Of a stretch of 64,000 nt of DNA, positions 33,339-43,752 are shown in pieces. Location: positions 480,001 to 544,000 of the forward strand of contig CAWDXE010000001.1 in NCBI GenBank assembly GCA_963806185.1, written 5' to 3'. The notes under the pieces are model-generated. The model was not told where the DNA came from. It was given only the letters and a program-made list of their open reading frames with translations, and ran no database searches. Position numbers and translations under genes: made by a program. This DNA comes from an uncultured candidate division Zixibacteria bacterium (lineage in GTDB: Bacteria; Zixibacteria; MSB-5A5; GN15; FEB-12). Position 1 is the first letter of the stretch. Every line of letters starts with the position of its first letter.

Positions 33339-34211
33339 GTGATCAAAGACCTGATAAAGCTCTCCCGCCCAAAACAGTGGCTCAAGAACGGCTTTGTCAT
33401 GGCGCCGCTGGTCTTCGCCGGTGAAGCCGGGAATCTCCAGAAAGTTGCCACGGCGCTCGCCGCGACTGCTATCTTCTGCCTGTTGTCATCGTCCGTCTAT
33501 ATCTTCAACGATCTCACTGACCGCGAGTCGGACAAAAAACACCCGCTCAAAAAGACCCGCCCGCTGGCTTCCGGCAAGATCTCGCCCACGGTGGCTGTCA
33601 GCTTCATGTGTGTCCTTTTGATTGCGGCTTTCATTTGGGCATCGCAGATCGGCTACCAACTGGTGACGATTGCTGCCATTTTCCTCGTGCTCAATACGCT
33701 CTACTCGATCTTTCTCAAGCATATTGTCATTCTCGACGCCATGTCGGTCGCTATCAGCTTTGTGTTGCGCGCCTTCGGCGGCGCCGTCGCCATTGCCGTG
33801 ACCGCATCCCCCTGGATGATGATCAACACTTTCTTCCTCGCCCTATTCCTGACTTTTGGCAAACGCCGGCACGAGTTAGTCCTGCTCAATGACAAAGCCG
33901 TGGAACACCGCCGCATCCTCGGTGAATACTCGCCCCACCTGCTGGACCAGTTGATCGCCGTGACCACGCCCGCCGTGGTCATCATGTACATGCTCTACAC
34001 TTTTTCGCCTGAAACACAACAGAAACTCGGCACGCATTACCTCTACCTCACTATCCCCTTCGTCGCGTACGGTATCTTTCGTTATCTCTTCCTGATTCAC
34101 GCAAAAGAAAAGGGAGAGCCGACCACGATCCTCGTGTCCGACCTTCCCCTGATTGTAGATATCGTTTTGTGGGTGATTGTCTCGGCCGTGATCCTCAGCT
34201 TGCCGAAGTAG
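33339..34211 (+). CDS. UbiA-family decaprenyl-phosphate phosphoribosyltransferase-like protein
   Basis: RPKQWLKN, YIFNDLTDRESDKKHPLKKTRPLASG, KRRHE, YGIFRY. Confidence 0.85.
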   Translation: MIKDLIKLSRPKQWLKNGFVMAPLVFAGEAGNLQKVATALAATAIFCLLSSSVYIFNDLTDRESDKKHPLKKTRPLASGKISPTVAVSFMCVLLIAAFIWASQIGYQLVTIAAIFLVLNTLYSIFLKHIVILDAMSVAISFVLRAFGGAVAIAVTASPWMMINTFFLALFLTFGKRRHELVLLNDKAVEHRRILGEYSPHLLDQLIAVTTPAVVIMYMLYTFSPETQQKLGTHYLYLTIPFVAYGIFRYLFLIHAKEKGEPTTILVSDLPLIVDIVLWVIVSAVILSLPK

Positions 34212-34222
34212 TGCGGCAGCAA

Positions 34223-34537
34223 TCAGTCCTTGAACAAATCGTCAAACGACTTCTTCCGCGTGTCCTTTGAATCCTTGGTCACCGACATCCCTCCGCCCGT
34301 CTTAACCATATTGCGCATCTGAAACATATCGCAGAAGTTGGCCTTTTCTTTGTCGATCACATTGTGGTCGATGGTCTCCCGACACTGGAAACGCCGGGTC
34401 GGGTCAAAATGCCGGCACCCCCGACAGGTTCGCAAGTCCGCCTCGCAATTGGGACATTGATCACCGCGCGCGACTTTGCTGATCAGCCCGGTTGGCTTGC
34501 CGCAGCTCCAGCACAACAATCCGTCAGATGCACCCAT
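34223..34537 (-). CDS. Small Cys-rich putative metal-binding protein
   Basis: CWSC, CPNC, CRGC, C...KANFCD; ends FDDLFKD. Confidence 0.7.
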   Translation of the reverse strand: MGASDGLLCWSCGKPTGLISKVARGDQCPNCEADLRTCRGCRHFDPTRRFQCRETIDHNVIDKEKANFCDMFQMRNMVKTGGGMSVTKDSKDTRKKSFDDLFKD

Positions 34538-34601
34538 GGTTTGGCTCCTTTGCCATAAGTATACACCATTGGCCGGGCTATGCAACGCCAAACCCGCCGG
34601 C

Positions 34602-34826
34602 CTATTTCGGCGCGGGTTCTGTCAAATCCGCCACAATTTCGCAAAATTCCGTCTCACCGGTACGAAGCATACGCCGTACATACGCCTGACAGAGTTTGCA
34701 GTTCAGCCCGAAATCTACATGCTTCTGAAGCTGTTCGATACTGGTCGCCTGTTCGCGCTCGGCTATCGCCTTCAGTTCGGCGAACGACTTCCCGTAACAG
34801 ACGCAATGGGTAATGCGAATCGGCAT
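34602..34826 (-). CDS. Bfd-like [2Fe-2S]-binding protein
   Basis: CVC...CKLC spacing; last gene of the oxidase operon. Confidence 0.65.
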   Translation of the reverse strand: MPIRITHCVCYGKSFAELKAIAEREQATSIEQLQKHVDFGLNCKLCQAYVRRMLRTGETEFCEIVADLTEPAPK

Positions 34827-34879
34827 AGCCGGATTCCTGAACTCATGGCCACCGGGGCCCTTGGTTACATTGTCCAATT

Positions 34880-35293
34880 CTACAAATGATACAACATCAG
34901 GTACACCACCACGCCGCTCACCGAGACAAACATCCAGACGTACCAAAGCCAGCGGGTGATGCCGCGATGTTTATCGAAACGCCCCTGGTATGCCCACCAC
35001 ACCGCCGTGACAATGAACGGAACCTGGAGAGCAGCGAGAATCACGTGCGGAATCAGCACCGCAAAATAGAGTGGTCGCGTCCAATCGTAATACGGATAGG
35101 GCACCGATCCCACTAGGTAATGATACGTCAGATAACTGATGAGAAACAGACCCGAGCTGATCAGAGCCGCGATCATGCACTTTTGATGTCTCGCCTGATC
35201 GCGCTGTTTTATGGCAATGAAGCCCAACAGCAGAAACAGCGAGCTGGTGAGATTGAGAACAGCGTTGAGTGTCGGCAGCAGCGAGACGTTCAG
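34880..35293 (-). CDS. DUF420 membrane protein
   Basis: LPTLNAVLN, HQKCM, FLISYLTYH, HVILA, WMFVSVSGVVVYLMLY; apparent CTG start. Confidence 0.85.
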   Translation of the reverse strand: MNVSLLPTLNAVLNLTSSLFLLLGFIAIKQRDQARHQKCMIAALISSGLFLISYLTYHYLVGSVPYPYYDWTRPLYFAVLIPHVILAALQVPFIVTAVWWAYQGRFDKHRGITRWLWYVWMFVSVSGVVVYLMLYHL

Positions 35294-36825
35294 TCGTTAC
35301 CTCCGGCCAGCTCCCTGATATGCGCCTGAAGTGCCTTGATCCGATTGGGGTCGTCGTGATCATAGTAGCCGCGAATGCGCCCCTGCTGGTCAATCAGCAC
35401 GAACTTGGTGGAGTGCATCCCCGGCAAGTCCCCGGACAGCTTGAATCCCTCTTCGCAGAATTTCGATATGACATCCGCCGAGCCGGACGTTACAAACTCC
35501 CAGCGATGGTCGGTGACGCCGTGGGAAGAAGCGTAGGTACGCAGTACCGGCAACGAATCGGTCTGCGGATCCACGGTAAACGACACGAACTGCACGCGGT
35601 CGCTGTGCTTGTAGAAATCGTACAGCTCCTTCATCTTCACCACCATCACCGGACACGGCCCGCGACAACTGGTGAAAAAGAAATCGACCACACTCAACTT
35701 GCCCGTCAGGTTCTCTTTCGTGAATGCTCGGCCCTCGCGGTCGACAAAACTGAAGGCGGGCACGTCGTCCAAAACGGGTATCTGGCGACGTGATGTCTGC
35801 GCTTGTGCGATTACGCCGTATGCACCTACTCCCATTACCACGACCGCAACGGCGGTGCCGATCGCCGCCGAACGGAACCTGCCGCCGGAAGCCGCCAGTT
35901 CGGTGTATCCCTTGCGCAGGGAAGAAATGAGGACCAGCGCCAGCCCGACATACAACGAGCCAACCCAGACGTGAAAGAGCCGCAGCAGAGGCGGCAGGCC
36001 GCCAAACATGAAGACGAAACCGATCAGGATTTCCGCAAACGCGAGCACCATCAGACCGTATACGGCCTGTTTCACAATGGGCGCCGCTTCCGAACTGAGT
36101 TTGATCAGGCTGTAGCCGATATACCAGGTGGCAAATGCCAGCATCAAGCCGACGATGAAATGCAGGTCTTTCCAGACGCCGGTCATGGCGAGCAGATCGG
36201 CCGTCGAATGCAGCGGGAACTGTTCGGCGAGAGTCTCCACTGTTCCCCGTACCTTGGCCCCCAGCATGACCTGGGCAATACCCCCAATCCAGAGCAGCCA
36301 GGCCCAGAGCGATGCACTGGCCGGATACAGAGAACCGGCAATTCCCTTGGGTTGTCGGAGATAGCCGGCCTCTACCGTGACATAAATCATGAGTGAGAAG
36401 ATTACCAGCGCCAGCGTCATATGCAGCGTGACCACCAGGGGGTGGAGCTCTGACGAGACGACGGTCGCCCCCTGCCATCCTTGAATCGCCGTCAGCACAC
36501 CGGCTAGAATCGTGCACCAAAGTATGCGTGGTTCTTTTCGATAATGAATGATGGCGAGCACAGCCGTGGCCGCAATCAGCAGACCGACCGTCATGCCGAC
36601 CAGACGGTTGAAGTACTCAATCCAGGCCAGAGTGACATTGAAAAGGGAGGGATCGAGATCGGAAGGGAGATCCGTTATTGACAGCGGCGGAAGCCAGCGG
36701 CCAAAACAGCGGGGCCAGTCGGGGCACCCCAGTCCGGCACCGGATACGCGCACGAGTCCACCGATGAAAATCAGAAAGGCCGTCGCTATGGATGACCAGC
36801 GGGCAAGCCGGATAAAAGCGGTCAT
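35290..36825 (-). CDS. ctaA: Heme A synthase (CtaA/COX15) fused to a C-terminal SCO1/SenC domain
   Basis: GAGLGCPDWPRCFG, WIEYFNR, LH motifs; then FFFTSCRGPCP...HSTKFVLIDQQGRIRGYY. Confidence 0.88.
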   Translation of the reverse strand: MTAFIRLARWSSIATAFLIFIGGLVRVSGAGLGCPDWPRCFGRWLPPLSITDLPSDLDPSLFNVTLAWIEYFNRLVGMTVGLLIAATAVLAIIHYRKEPRILWCTILAGVLTAIQGWQGATVVSSELHPLVVTLHMTLALVIFSLMIYVTVEAGYLRQPKGIAGSLYPASASLWAWLLWIGGIAQVMLGAKVRGTVETLAEQFPLHSTADLLAMTGVWKDLHFIVGLMLAFATWYIGYSLIKLSSEAAPIVKQAVYGLMVLAFAEILIGFVFMFGGLPPLLRLFHVWVGSLYVGLALVLISSLRKGYTELAASGGRFRSAAIGTAVAVVVMGVGAYGVIAQAQTSRRQIPVLDDVPAFSFVDREGRAFTKENLTGKLSVVDFFFTSCRGPCPVMVVKMKELYDFYKHSDRVQFVSFTVDPQTDSLPVLRTYASSHGVTDHRWEFVTSGSADVISKFCEEGFKLSGDLPGMHSTKFVLIDQQGRIRGYYDHDDPNRIKALQAHIRELAGGND

Positions 36826-36915
36826 CGGCTGACCTTCTCTCCTGCCTGATGCGAGCGTACTGTTTTCATAGACGTACGTCTAACAGTACAGCAGCGAGTG
36901 GGGCTTGGCAAGCAG

Positions 36916-37419
36916 TTAGTGCGGACTGGTTCCCGGATGGGCAGTAGCGGCGGAATCAGCGGCTGTGCGGCCGGGTTCGACCAACTTCGCGGCACCCGTC
37001 CTGGATGTGTCAGCCGAAGGCGCGGCTGCTCCCTCGTGACCTTCAGCAGCCCCATGGCCGGAGGGTCGCGCCGGCATGACCGCCTGTTTATTAATGGGGT
37101 GAGCTACCTGGTCATAGATATCGTCGCGCCGCATCGTATCGAGCATCGTGAGCGTGATGAAGAGCGCCAGGAAGATGAGAGAGCCGATGAAGATCATGCT
37201 GTAAATCTTGTTGTCGTACTTCAGGTGCATGAAGAAAAGAACGACCAGCGACGCTTTGATGGCCGCGATGAACATTGCGACAATCAGATTCGCTTCGCCG
37301 AAATCAAACTGGGCGACGGCTACCGTGATCCCGGTCATGACGAGCAGGATAGCCCCGATCGTGAGATACAGCCGCACGGGCAGTACATGGTGGGTCGCGC
37401 TGTCGTGTCTCATCGCCAT
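36916..37419 (-). CDS. ctaF: Cytochrome c oxidase subunit IV (caa3 type) with low-complexity tail
   Basis: IAAIKASLVVLFFMHLKYD. Confidence 0.85.
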   Translation of the reverse strand: MAMRHDSATHHVLPVRLYLTIGAILLVMTGITVAVAQFDFGEANLIVAMFIAAIKASLVVLFFMHLKYDNKIYSMIFIGSLIFLALFITLTMLDTMRRDDIYDQVAHPINKQAVMPARPSGHGAAEGHEGAAAPSADTSRTGAAKLVEPGRTAADSAATAHPGTSPH

Positions 37420-37426
37420 AACATCC

Positions 37427-38089
37427 TTACGAAATCAGGTAGAACAACGGGAACAGGAATATCCAGATCAAATCGACCAGGTGCCAGTATAGCCCCGTCA
37501 TTTCGATCGGCGTGTAGTAGCTCGGGCTGAACTGGTTCTTCACGGTCCGGTAGAGAATCCAGGTAATCACGCCCATACCGGCAATCACGTGTATGCCGTG
37601 CAGGCCGGTCATCATGAAGTAGACCGAGAAGAACACATGCGGGTTGGTGCCTTCGACGCCGGTAAACGTGTAGTACTTGCCCGGCAGCTGTCCCAGGTGG
37701 AACTTGTGCGCATATTCGAAGTACTTGATCACCAGAAATGTCCCGGCCAGGGCAAGCGTAGCAACCAGGTTTATGATCGTCCACCGCTTCTGGCCGAGCT
37801 GCATCGAGCGGATGGCCAGAGCCATGGTGACTGAAGAGGTGATCAGGACTACGGTATTGATTGTCCCCAGTACCACGTCGAGTTGTTTGTGCGCGTTGTG
37901 AAAGAGGTCCGGGTTCCACGATCGGTAGATGGCATAGGCACAGAACAGACCACCGAAGAGCAAAACCTCCGTAAGCAGGAAGAGCCACATGCCCAGCTTG
38001 GCTGAATCTTTTTGCTGCTCCATGTCGGCGAAATGGTGCTGCAGATTTGGATCAGCGTGTTCGAAGTGAACTGCGGGTCGGGTCGCCAT
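37427..38089 (-). CDS. ctaE: Cytochrome c oxidase subunit III
   Basis: LGMWLFLLTEVLLF, TGLHGIHV, GLYWHLVDLIW. Confidence 0.93.
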   Translation of the reverse strand: MATRPAVHFEHADPNLQHHFADMEQQKDSAKLGMWLFLLTEVLLFGGLFCAYAIYRSWNPDLFHNAHKQLDVVLGTINTVVLITSSVTMALAIRSMQLGQKRWTIINLVATLALAGTFLVIKYFEYAHKFHLGQLPGKYYTFTGVEGTNPHVFFSVYFMMTGLHGIHVIAGMGVITWILYRTVKNQFSPSYYTPIEMTGLYWHLVDLIWIFLFPLFYLIS

Positions 38090-39697
38090 CTATTTGTCTC
38101 TCTCCACAAGAATGGTGTCGTAGTCGTAGGGACCGTGCACGAGTTTGGGCTCACCGACGAAGTTATGAGTAGGCGGCGGCGAGGACGTTTCCCATTCCAT
38201 GGTCAAACTACCCCAGGGATTGGCCGGCGCCTTGGCGCCTCGGAAAAGCGAGTGGATAAGATAGACGAGCATGATGGTGAAACCCATTCCAAGCACCCAG
38301 GCGCCGTAGGTCGACATGGCATGCAGCCCCTGGTACATGTCGACATACGTGTAATAGCGACGCGGCATACCGCGCGAGCCCAGAATGAACTGGGTGAAGA
38401 ACGTCATATTGAAACCGATGAAGACGATCACCGCGGCGATACGCCCCCAGAATTCGCTGTACATGCGCCCGAAAATCTTCGGCCACCAGTAGTGCAGGCC
38501 GCCAAGCAGTGCCATCACCGTGCCGCCCATCATGACGTAATGGAAATGAGCGACGACAAAGTAGGTGTCATGCAAGTGAACGTCGACCGACAACGCCCCG
38601 AGAAAGATTCCGGTCAGACCACCGATCGTAAACAAGATGAGGAAGGACAGGGCGTACAGCATCGGCGTTTGAAAGGAAATGTTTCCCTTGTACAGGGTGG
38701 TCACCCAGTTGAATATTTTGATCCCCGAGGGAATACCGACGAAAAAGGTGAGAAACGAGAATATTGTGGCGGCAATTTCCGACTGACCGGAGACAAACAT
38801 ATGGTGTCCCCAGACGAGAAAGCCGAGGAAAGCAATACCAAGCGATGAAAACGCGACGGCCCGGTAGCCGAACAGCTTGCGATGAGAGAAGGTCGTGATC
38901 AGCTCGGAGATGATCGCCATCCCCGGCAGGATCATGATGTACACGGCCGGATGTGAATAGAACCAGAAGAAGTGCTGGTAAAGCACCGGGTCGCCACCCA
39001 TGGCCGGGTCAAAAATGCCGATGCCAAAGGCCCGCTCAAGAATCAACAGAACCAGGGTGATTCCCAGCACCGGTGTGGCAAGCACCTGAACTATAGCCGT
39101 ACTGTACAGACCCCAGACCATGAGCGGCATATCAAACCAGGTCATGCCCGGTGCGCGCAACTTGTGGACAGTTACGATAAAATTAAGACCTGTGAAAATT
39201 GACGAAAACCCGAGGATGAACACACCGGTGGTCATCGAAATCACAGCCGTGTTGGTGGTCGTCGAATACGGCGCGTAAAACGTCCAGCCGGTGTCAATAC
39301 CTCCCTGAACTATGGAGATCAAGCAAACCGCCGCACCTATAACATATAAGTACCAGCTGGTCAGGTTGAGCCGTGGAAAAGCAACGTCCTTGGCGCCGAT
39401 CATCAGAGGCAGAACAAAGTTACCTAACGCCGCAGGAATTGACGGAATGATAAACAGGAACACCATGATCGCGCCGTGCAGCGTGAAGAAGTGGTTGTAC
39501 GTGTCCGCGCTCATGAAATCTCGACCGGGATGGAGCAACTCGGTACGAAGGATGATGGCCAGCAGTCCGCCCGCCAGAAACGACGCCATAACCCCGATCA
39601 GGTACATGACCCCGATCCGCTTATGATCAAGCGTGAGCAGCCACGACTTAAGCCCCTTGGACGACGTCAGGTAATTGTCTGGTGCTGCCGTATGCAT
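38090..39697 (-). CDS. ctaD: Cytochrome c oxidase subunit I, A2 type
   Basis: [23 protein letters not shown] (YS motif of A2), WGHHM, HFHY, GMPRRY. Confidence 0.97.
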   Translation of the reverse strand: MHTAAPDNYLTSSKGLKSWLLTLDHKRIGVMYLIGVMASFLAGGLLAIILRTELLHPGRDFMSADTYNHFFTLHGAIMVFLFIIPSIPAALGNFVLPLMIGAKDVAFPRLNLTSWYLYVIGAAVCLISIVQGGIDTGWTFYAPYSTTTNTAVISMTTGVFILGFSSIFTGLNFIVTVHKLRAPGMTWFDMPLMVWGLYSTAIVQVLATPVLGITLVLLILERAFGIGIFDPAMGGDPVLYQHFFWFYSHPAVYIMILPGMAIISELITTFSHRKLFGYRAVAFSSLGIAFLGFLVWGHHMFVSGQSEIAATIFSFLTFFVGIPSGIKIFNWVTTLYKGNISFQTPMLYALSFLILFTIGGLTGIFLGALSVDVHLHDTYFVVAHFHYVMMGGTVMALLGGLHYWWPKIFGRMYSEFWGRIAAVIVFIGFNMTFFTQFILGSRGMPRRYYTYVDMYQGLHAMSTYGAWVLGMGFTIMLVYLIHSLFRGAKAPANPWGSLTMEWETSSPPPTHNFVGEPKLVHGPYDYDTILVERDK

Positions 39698-39712
39698 AGA
39701 AACGTTGCCTCG

Positions 39713-40654
39713 TTACTGTAATGACTTGATATAGGCGATCAGCGCGTCAACCTGTCGATCCTTGAGGATCCCCTGGAAAGTCGGCATGACGGGCTGGAAT
39801 CCGTTGACAATCTTTGCCCGGGGATTCAGAATTGATTCGCGAATGTAATTCTCGTCGATCGTCGTTTTGCTGCCATCGGTAAACTGTACTTCGTGCCCGA
39901 ATATCCCCTTGAAACTCGGCCCTTGAATAATTGTGCCGTCCGTGCTATGGCAGGTGACACAGGCTTTCTGCTTGTACAATTGCGCCCCGTAGTCCTCGAG
40001 CGACATTCCCTCGCCCATCGAGGCACTTGATTCCAGCCACTTGGCGTAGTCCGCCGGTGATAACACGCGCACCTTGGCGATCATCTCCGAATGACCCTTG
40101 CCGCAGAACTCGGCGCAAAACCAGTTATACGTCCCGGTCGTCGTCGCCTCAAACCAGGCCAGCGTATAGCGATTGGGCAAGGCGTCCATCTTGACCCGGA
40201 AGGCCGGGATATAAAACGAGTGTATGACGTCGGTCGCCGAGAGCAGTACTTTGACCGGTGTATGAACCGGCACAACCAACTCGTTGACCAGCGTTGCACC
40301 CTCCGGATAATCGACGGTCCAAAACCACTTCTGTCCGGTCACCTTGACTTCCATCGCATGGGCCGGCATGATGTGCAACCGAAGGAAGTCCTTGAAACCC
40401 CAGACGAACACGATGAGGATCAGAATAGTAGGAATCACTGTCCAGGTGATTTCCAGAGCAGTGTTGTGGGCCAGGCTGGTGGTCAGGACATCTTTGCCGC
40501 GACGGCGGTAGCGAATGCCGAAGTAGATGACTCCCCCGACGACAATCGCAAAGAAGACGATACTGGCGTACAGTATGAAATAAAACAGACTGTCGACGTT
40601 CCCGGCCATCGTCGAGTGCTCACCGGGATTCCAGAAGCTGGCTGCAGTATCCAT
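39713..40654 (-). CDS. ctaC: Cytochrome c oxidase subunit II with fused cytochrome c (caa3)
   Basis: DVIHSF, CuA site CAEFCGKGHSEM, C-terminal CVTCH heme motif. Confidence 0.95.
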   Translation of the reverse strand: MDTAASFWNPGEHSTMAGNVDSLFYFILYASIVFFAIVVGGVIYFGIRYRRRGKDVLTTSLAHNTALEITWTVIPTILILIVFVWGFKDFLRLHIMPAHAMEVKVTGQKWFWTVDYPEGATLVNELVVPVHTPVKVLLSATDVIHSFYIPAFRVKMDALPNRYTLAWFEATTTGTYNWFCAEFCGKGHSEMIAKVRVLSPADYAKWLESSASMGEGMSLEDYGAQLYKQKACVTCHSTDGTIIQGPSFKGIFGHEVQFTDGSKTTIDENYIRESILNPRAKIVNGFQPVMPTFQGILKDRQVDALIAYIKSLQ

Positions 40655-40662
40655 CGGTTCCC

Positions 40663-41538
40663 TTATCTAGTCCCTATCGTGCCCGGAGCGGCCTGGCGCC
40701 GTTGGCGCATATGATCACGACGCCATAGTAACGCCAGAAAAATGCCCAGTGCCCCCGCACTCAGTGCTCCACCCAGCCGCATCAGATTACCGGCAAAAAC
40801 AACATACCCCTTGGCGTCAGGATCATAATGATAGCAGTACAAAATCAGCTTATCGAGCGGAGTCCCGATCTTCCCGGCCGACGCCTCGAGCAGGCTCAGG
40901 CGGAGATCTCTCTCTGAAAAATCAATCCCGTACAGCACTCGTGAGAGAACACCGCTCTCAGTCAGCACAAAGACTGCGGCCGGATGCGCATATTCGCCGG
41001 TTTCCTCAACCTTGTAGTACTTGAACCCCACGGCATCAGCCAGCGCCCGTGATTGGCTCTCGTCACCTACGAAAAATGTCCAGCCGTCTTCCGTCCCCGG
41101 TTTTCCGACCGACGCCGCGTAGTTCAATTTCTTGGCATGCGCCAGCTCGGCCGTTTCCGTCGGCTTGATGCTGACCGTCAGCATAGTGAACTCGTTCCCC
41201 GGGGTCCAGGCGAGCTTGGTAACAGCAGCCGACACACCGTTTAGCACCATGCTGCAGAGCATCGGGCAGTTATAGTAGGCCAGCGTCAAGATGACCGGTT
41301 TCCCCTTGTGGAAATAATCCCCCAGGCGCACTTGCTGTCCCTGATCGTTCGTAAACGTCAGGTCGAGCGGGATCTTTTCTCCGAGCTTGTCGACGATATC
41401 AATATTCTTCAGTTCGTCGGGCTGGGTCGAGACGACCTGACCAAAGGCAGTCGCGGCAACGAAGACCATTGCTGCGGCCCATGCGCCTATGTGCCCTTTA
41501 TGGGTCCCTTTAGTCCGATCTAACATAACATCAATCAC
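40663..41538 (-). CDS. SCO/SenC family copper chaperone
   Basis: YYNCPMLC, YAHPA, LYCYHYDP; start codon uncertain. Confidence 0.88.
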   Translation of the reverse strand: MIDVMLDRTKGTHKGHIGAWAAAMVFVAATAFGQVVSTQPDELKNIDIVDKLGEKIPLDLTFTNDQGQQVRLGDYFHKGKPVILTLAYYNCPMLCSMVLNGVSAAVTKLAWTPGNEFTMLTVSIKPTETAELAHAKKLNYAASVGKPGTEDGWTFFVGDESQSRALADAVGFKYYKVEETGEYAHPAAVFVLTESGVLSRVLYGIDFSERDLRLSLLEASAGKIGTPLDKLILYCYHYDPDAKGYVVFAGNLMRLGGALSAGALGIFLALLWRRDHMRQRRQAAPGTIGTR

Positions 41539-41567
41539 AACAGGCGCTACCCTGAAAAGTTCGTCTT

Positions 41568-41954
41568 CTATCGTGTTTTTTTGGTGCTAATTTGCTGCGT
41601 AACAGAACTTTGCGGACTTGTTTGGTCCTGTTTCGCCTCGGCAGCTTCGAGTTTGACAGCCGAGTCAATCGGAATCCGCCAGATGCCCTTAACCGTATCA
41701 ACCAACTGGTAGCTGTGCAAACGCTGTTCTTCAGCGCTGCGCAGCTCGATCAATTGCGGATTTTCCGGCTTCAAGACCATCTCATAGTAGTCGCGCTCTC
41801 GGGACACCACGAAGTATTGCTCTACGGCCACGGAGAGGACGATCAGGATCACGATCACAGCCAGAGCAATGAGCCCGACCATAGGGACGTTGACGTCCCG
41901 CTTTTCGTACCCCGCTGAGCTGTTGCCGTGCGTTTGTGTGTCGTGAGCGCTCAT
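41568..41954 (-). CDS. Single-TM protein, ActG-like
   Basis: GYEKRDVN, one TM helix, WRIPIDSA; located after actF. Confidence 0.65.
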   Translation of the reverse strand: MSAHDTQTHGNSSAGYEKRDVNVPMVGLIALAVIVILIVLSVAVEQYFVVSRERDYYEMVLKPENPQLIELRSAEEQRLHSYQLVDTVKGIWRIPIDSAVKLEAAEAKQDQTSPQSSVTQQISTKKTR

Positions 41955-41960
41955 GTTCCC

Positions 41961-43145
41961 CTACATATTCGTGAAGCCAATGGAGGCAGACAGTTTCGGA
42001 TCACTGACAGGGACCAGCGGATCGCGCGAGAATTGGCGCCAAAAGAAGAAGAAAAACAGGCCGCCGATGCCCGCCATGGTCGAGACGTCCATCCAGGACA
42101 TCTGTGCCCCTTCTTTCAAGAGAGTCGGCAGAACCAGCCAATACATATCAACCCAGTGCATCAACAGGATCCAGCCGGCGATGAGCGCCAGTCCGGTGAA
42201 GCTCCGTTTCACGGCCCGGAAGAGCAGGACGCAGAACGGAATCACAAAGTGACCGAACAGAATTATCATGCTGATCGCTTTCCACGATCCTACCCATCGG
42301 TTCAAATACCAGAAGTTCTCTTCGGGAAGGTTGGCGTACCAGATCAGGAAGTACTGCGAGAAGCCTATATACGTCCAGAAGATCGTGAAGCCAAACATGA
42401 GCTTCCCGAGATCGTGATAGTGCTCAACGGTAATAACGTCCTTGAGCACATTCTGCCGACGCAGGAACAACGCGATGACGATGAGCAGGGCTATCACGCC
42501 CAGCAAACCGCCGGCGAAGTAGTACACGCCGAAAATGGTCGAAAACCAGTGTGGTTCAAGCGACATGAGCCAGTCGTACCCGGCATAGGTCGTGGAGAGC
42601 GCAAACAATATCATGCCGATAGCCGAGACACGACGCATCCGCATCTGCATTGCCTCGGTGTGCCCCCGATCCTGAGCGCGGGAGGCCCTGACAAGGAAGT
42701 ACGAGATGACCGACCAGATCGCGAAATAGACGATCGTCCTGATCACAAAAAACGGAATATTGAGAAACGCCGCCTTCTTCTGCAGTAGATGATCCACCGC
42801 TACCACGTCGGCATGGCTCCACTCATACAGGTACGGTATTCCCAGCAGGAAGGGGATGCACAACAGGAACATCCACGGCAGCACCGACGCAACAGCCTCG
42901 GCAATCTTGCGGATGACCACGCTCCACATGGCTCCGGTGAGATGATGCAGCATGGTGAAGAACAGCGCACCCAGGGCCAGCGATACCCAATAGGCAAACG
43001 CCGTCAGGTAGGCGTAGAAGAACCGCTCCGGATTAACCGCGAATCCGGCCGCACCGGCGGCCAGCCCAATCAGTCCGACCGTTAGCGCAATCTTGCCGAC
43101 GTTGCCGGGGTTAGTCAAACGAAATGTCCCGCTATCGTACGTCAT
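41961..43145 (-). CDS. actF: Alternative complex III subunit ActF
   Basis: KAAFLNIPFF, DWLMSLEPHWFSTIFG, HDLGK, FSQYFLIWYANLPEE. Confidence 0.9.
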   Translation of the reverse strand: MTYDSGTFRLTNPGNVGKIALTVGLIGLAAGAAGFAVNPERFFYAYLTAFAYWVSLALGALFFTMLHHLTGAMWSVVIRKIAEAVASVLPWMFLLCIPFLLGIPYLYEWSHADVVAVDHLLQKKAAFLNIPFFVIRTIVYFAIWSVISYFLVRASRAQDRGHTEAMQMRMRRVSAIGMILFALSTTYAGYDWLMSLEPHWFSTIFGVYYFAGGLLGVIALLIVIALFLRRQNVLKDVITVEHYHDLGKLMFGFTIFWTYIGFSQYFLIWYANLPEENFWYLNRWVGSWKAISMIILFGHFVIPFCVLLFRAVKRSFTGLALIAGWILLMHWVDMYWLVLPTLLKEGAQMSWMDVSTMAGIGGLFFFFFWRQFSRDPLVPVSDPKLSASIGFTNM

Positions 43146-43155
43146 TTCCCACCTA

Positions 43156-43752
43156 TCACTGCCCGCCCCGAACGGAGCCTGGGACATCATTTGGCGACGC
43201 ATGCTGCGACCGCTGCAAAGCGCGGAAATAGGCGATAATCGCCCAGCGGTCCGCGACCGGAATCTGATATTTGTACGGCGGCATATTGCGTATGCCGTTG
43301 GTGATCACGTTGAAAATGTGGCCGTCCGGCGCCGCCAGCAATCGATCCTCTATGAAATTCGGCGGCGGCAGCAAACCACGTTTGACCACCATCCCCTGGC
43401 CGTCGCCGGTACGCCCATGACACGGCGAGCAGTAGATGTTGAAGCGCTCTTGTCCGCGCAGGAGTTCTGCCATAGTGGTCGGTACCGGTGATTCTTTGAC
43501 CGTGTCGCCGGCCGCGGTGAGACCGGTGTAGTAAGCGACATTCTCGTGAAGTTCGCCTCGGGCAATTGTCCCTTCCACCGGCATGCGCATGGCCGCTCCA
43601 TCAGCAAAGAATTCGCCGGCGTCCTGAGCTTCATAGCGCGGCTGCCGAAACATGTTCGTCTCCAATCGCATGCCCGGTTCCTGTTTGGGCATTTCGCGCA
43701 CACAGCCGACTGCGATCAAGCCAATGCTGATGACAAGTATGGCGCGCTTCAT
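43156..43752 (-). CDS. actE: Alternative complex III monoheme cytochrome c lipoprotein ActE
   Basis: Lipobox AVGC, CSPCHG, DRWAI. Confidence 0.9.
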   Translation of the reverse strand: MKRAILVISIGLIAVGCVREMPKQEPGMRLETNMFRQPRYEAQDAGEFFADGAAMRMPVEGTIARGELHENVAYYTGLTAAGDTVKESPVPTTMAELLRGQERFNIYCSPCHGRTGDGQGMVVKRGLLPPPNFIEDRLLAAPDGHIFNVITNGIRNMPPYKYQIPVADRWAIIAYFRALQRSQHASPNDVPGSVRGGQ

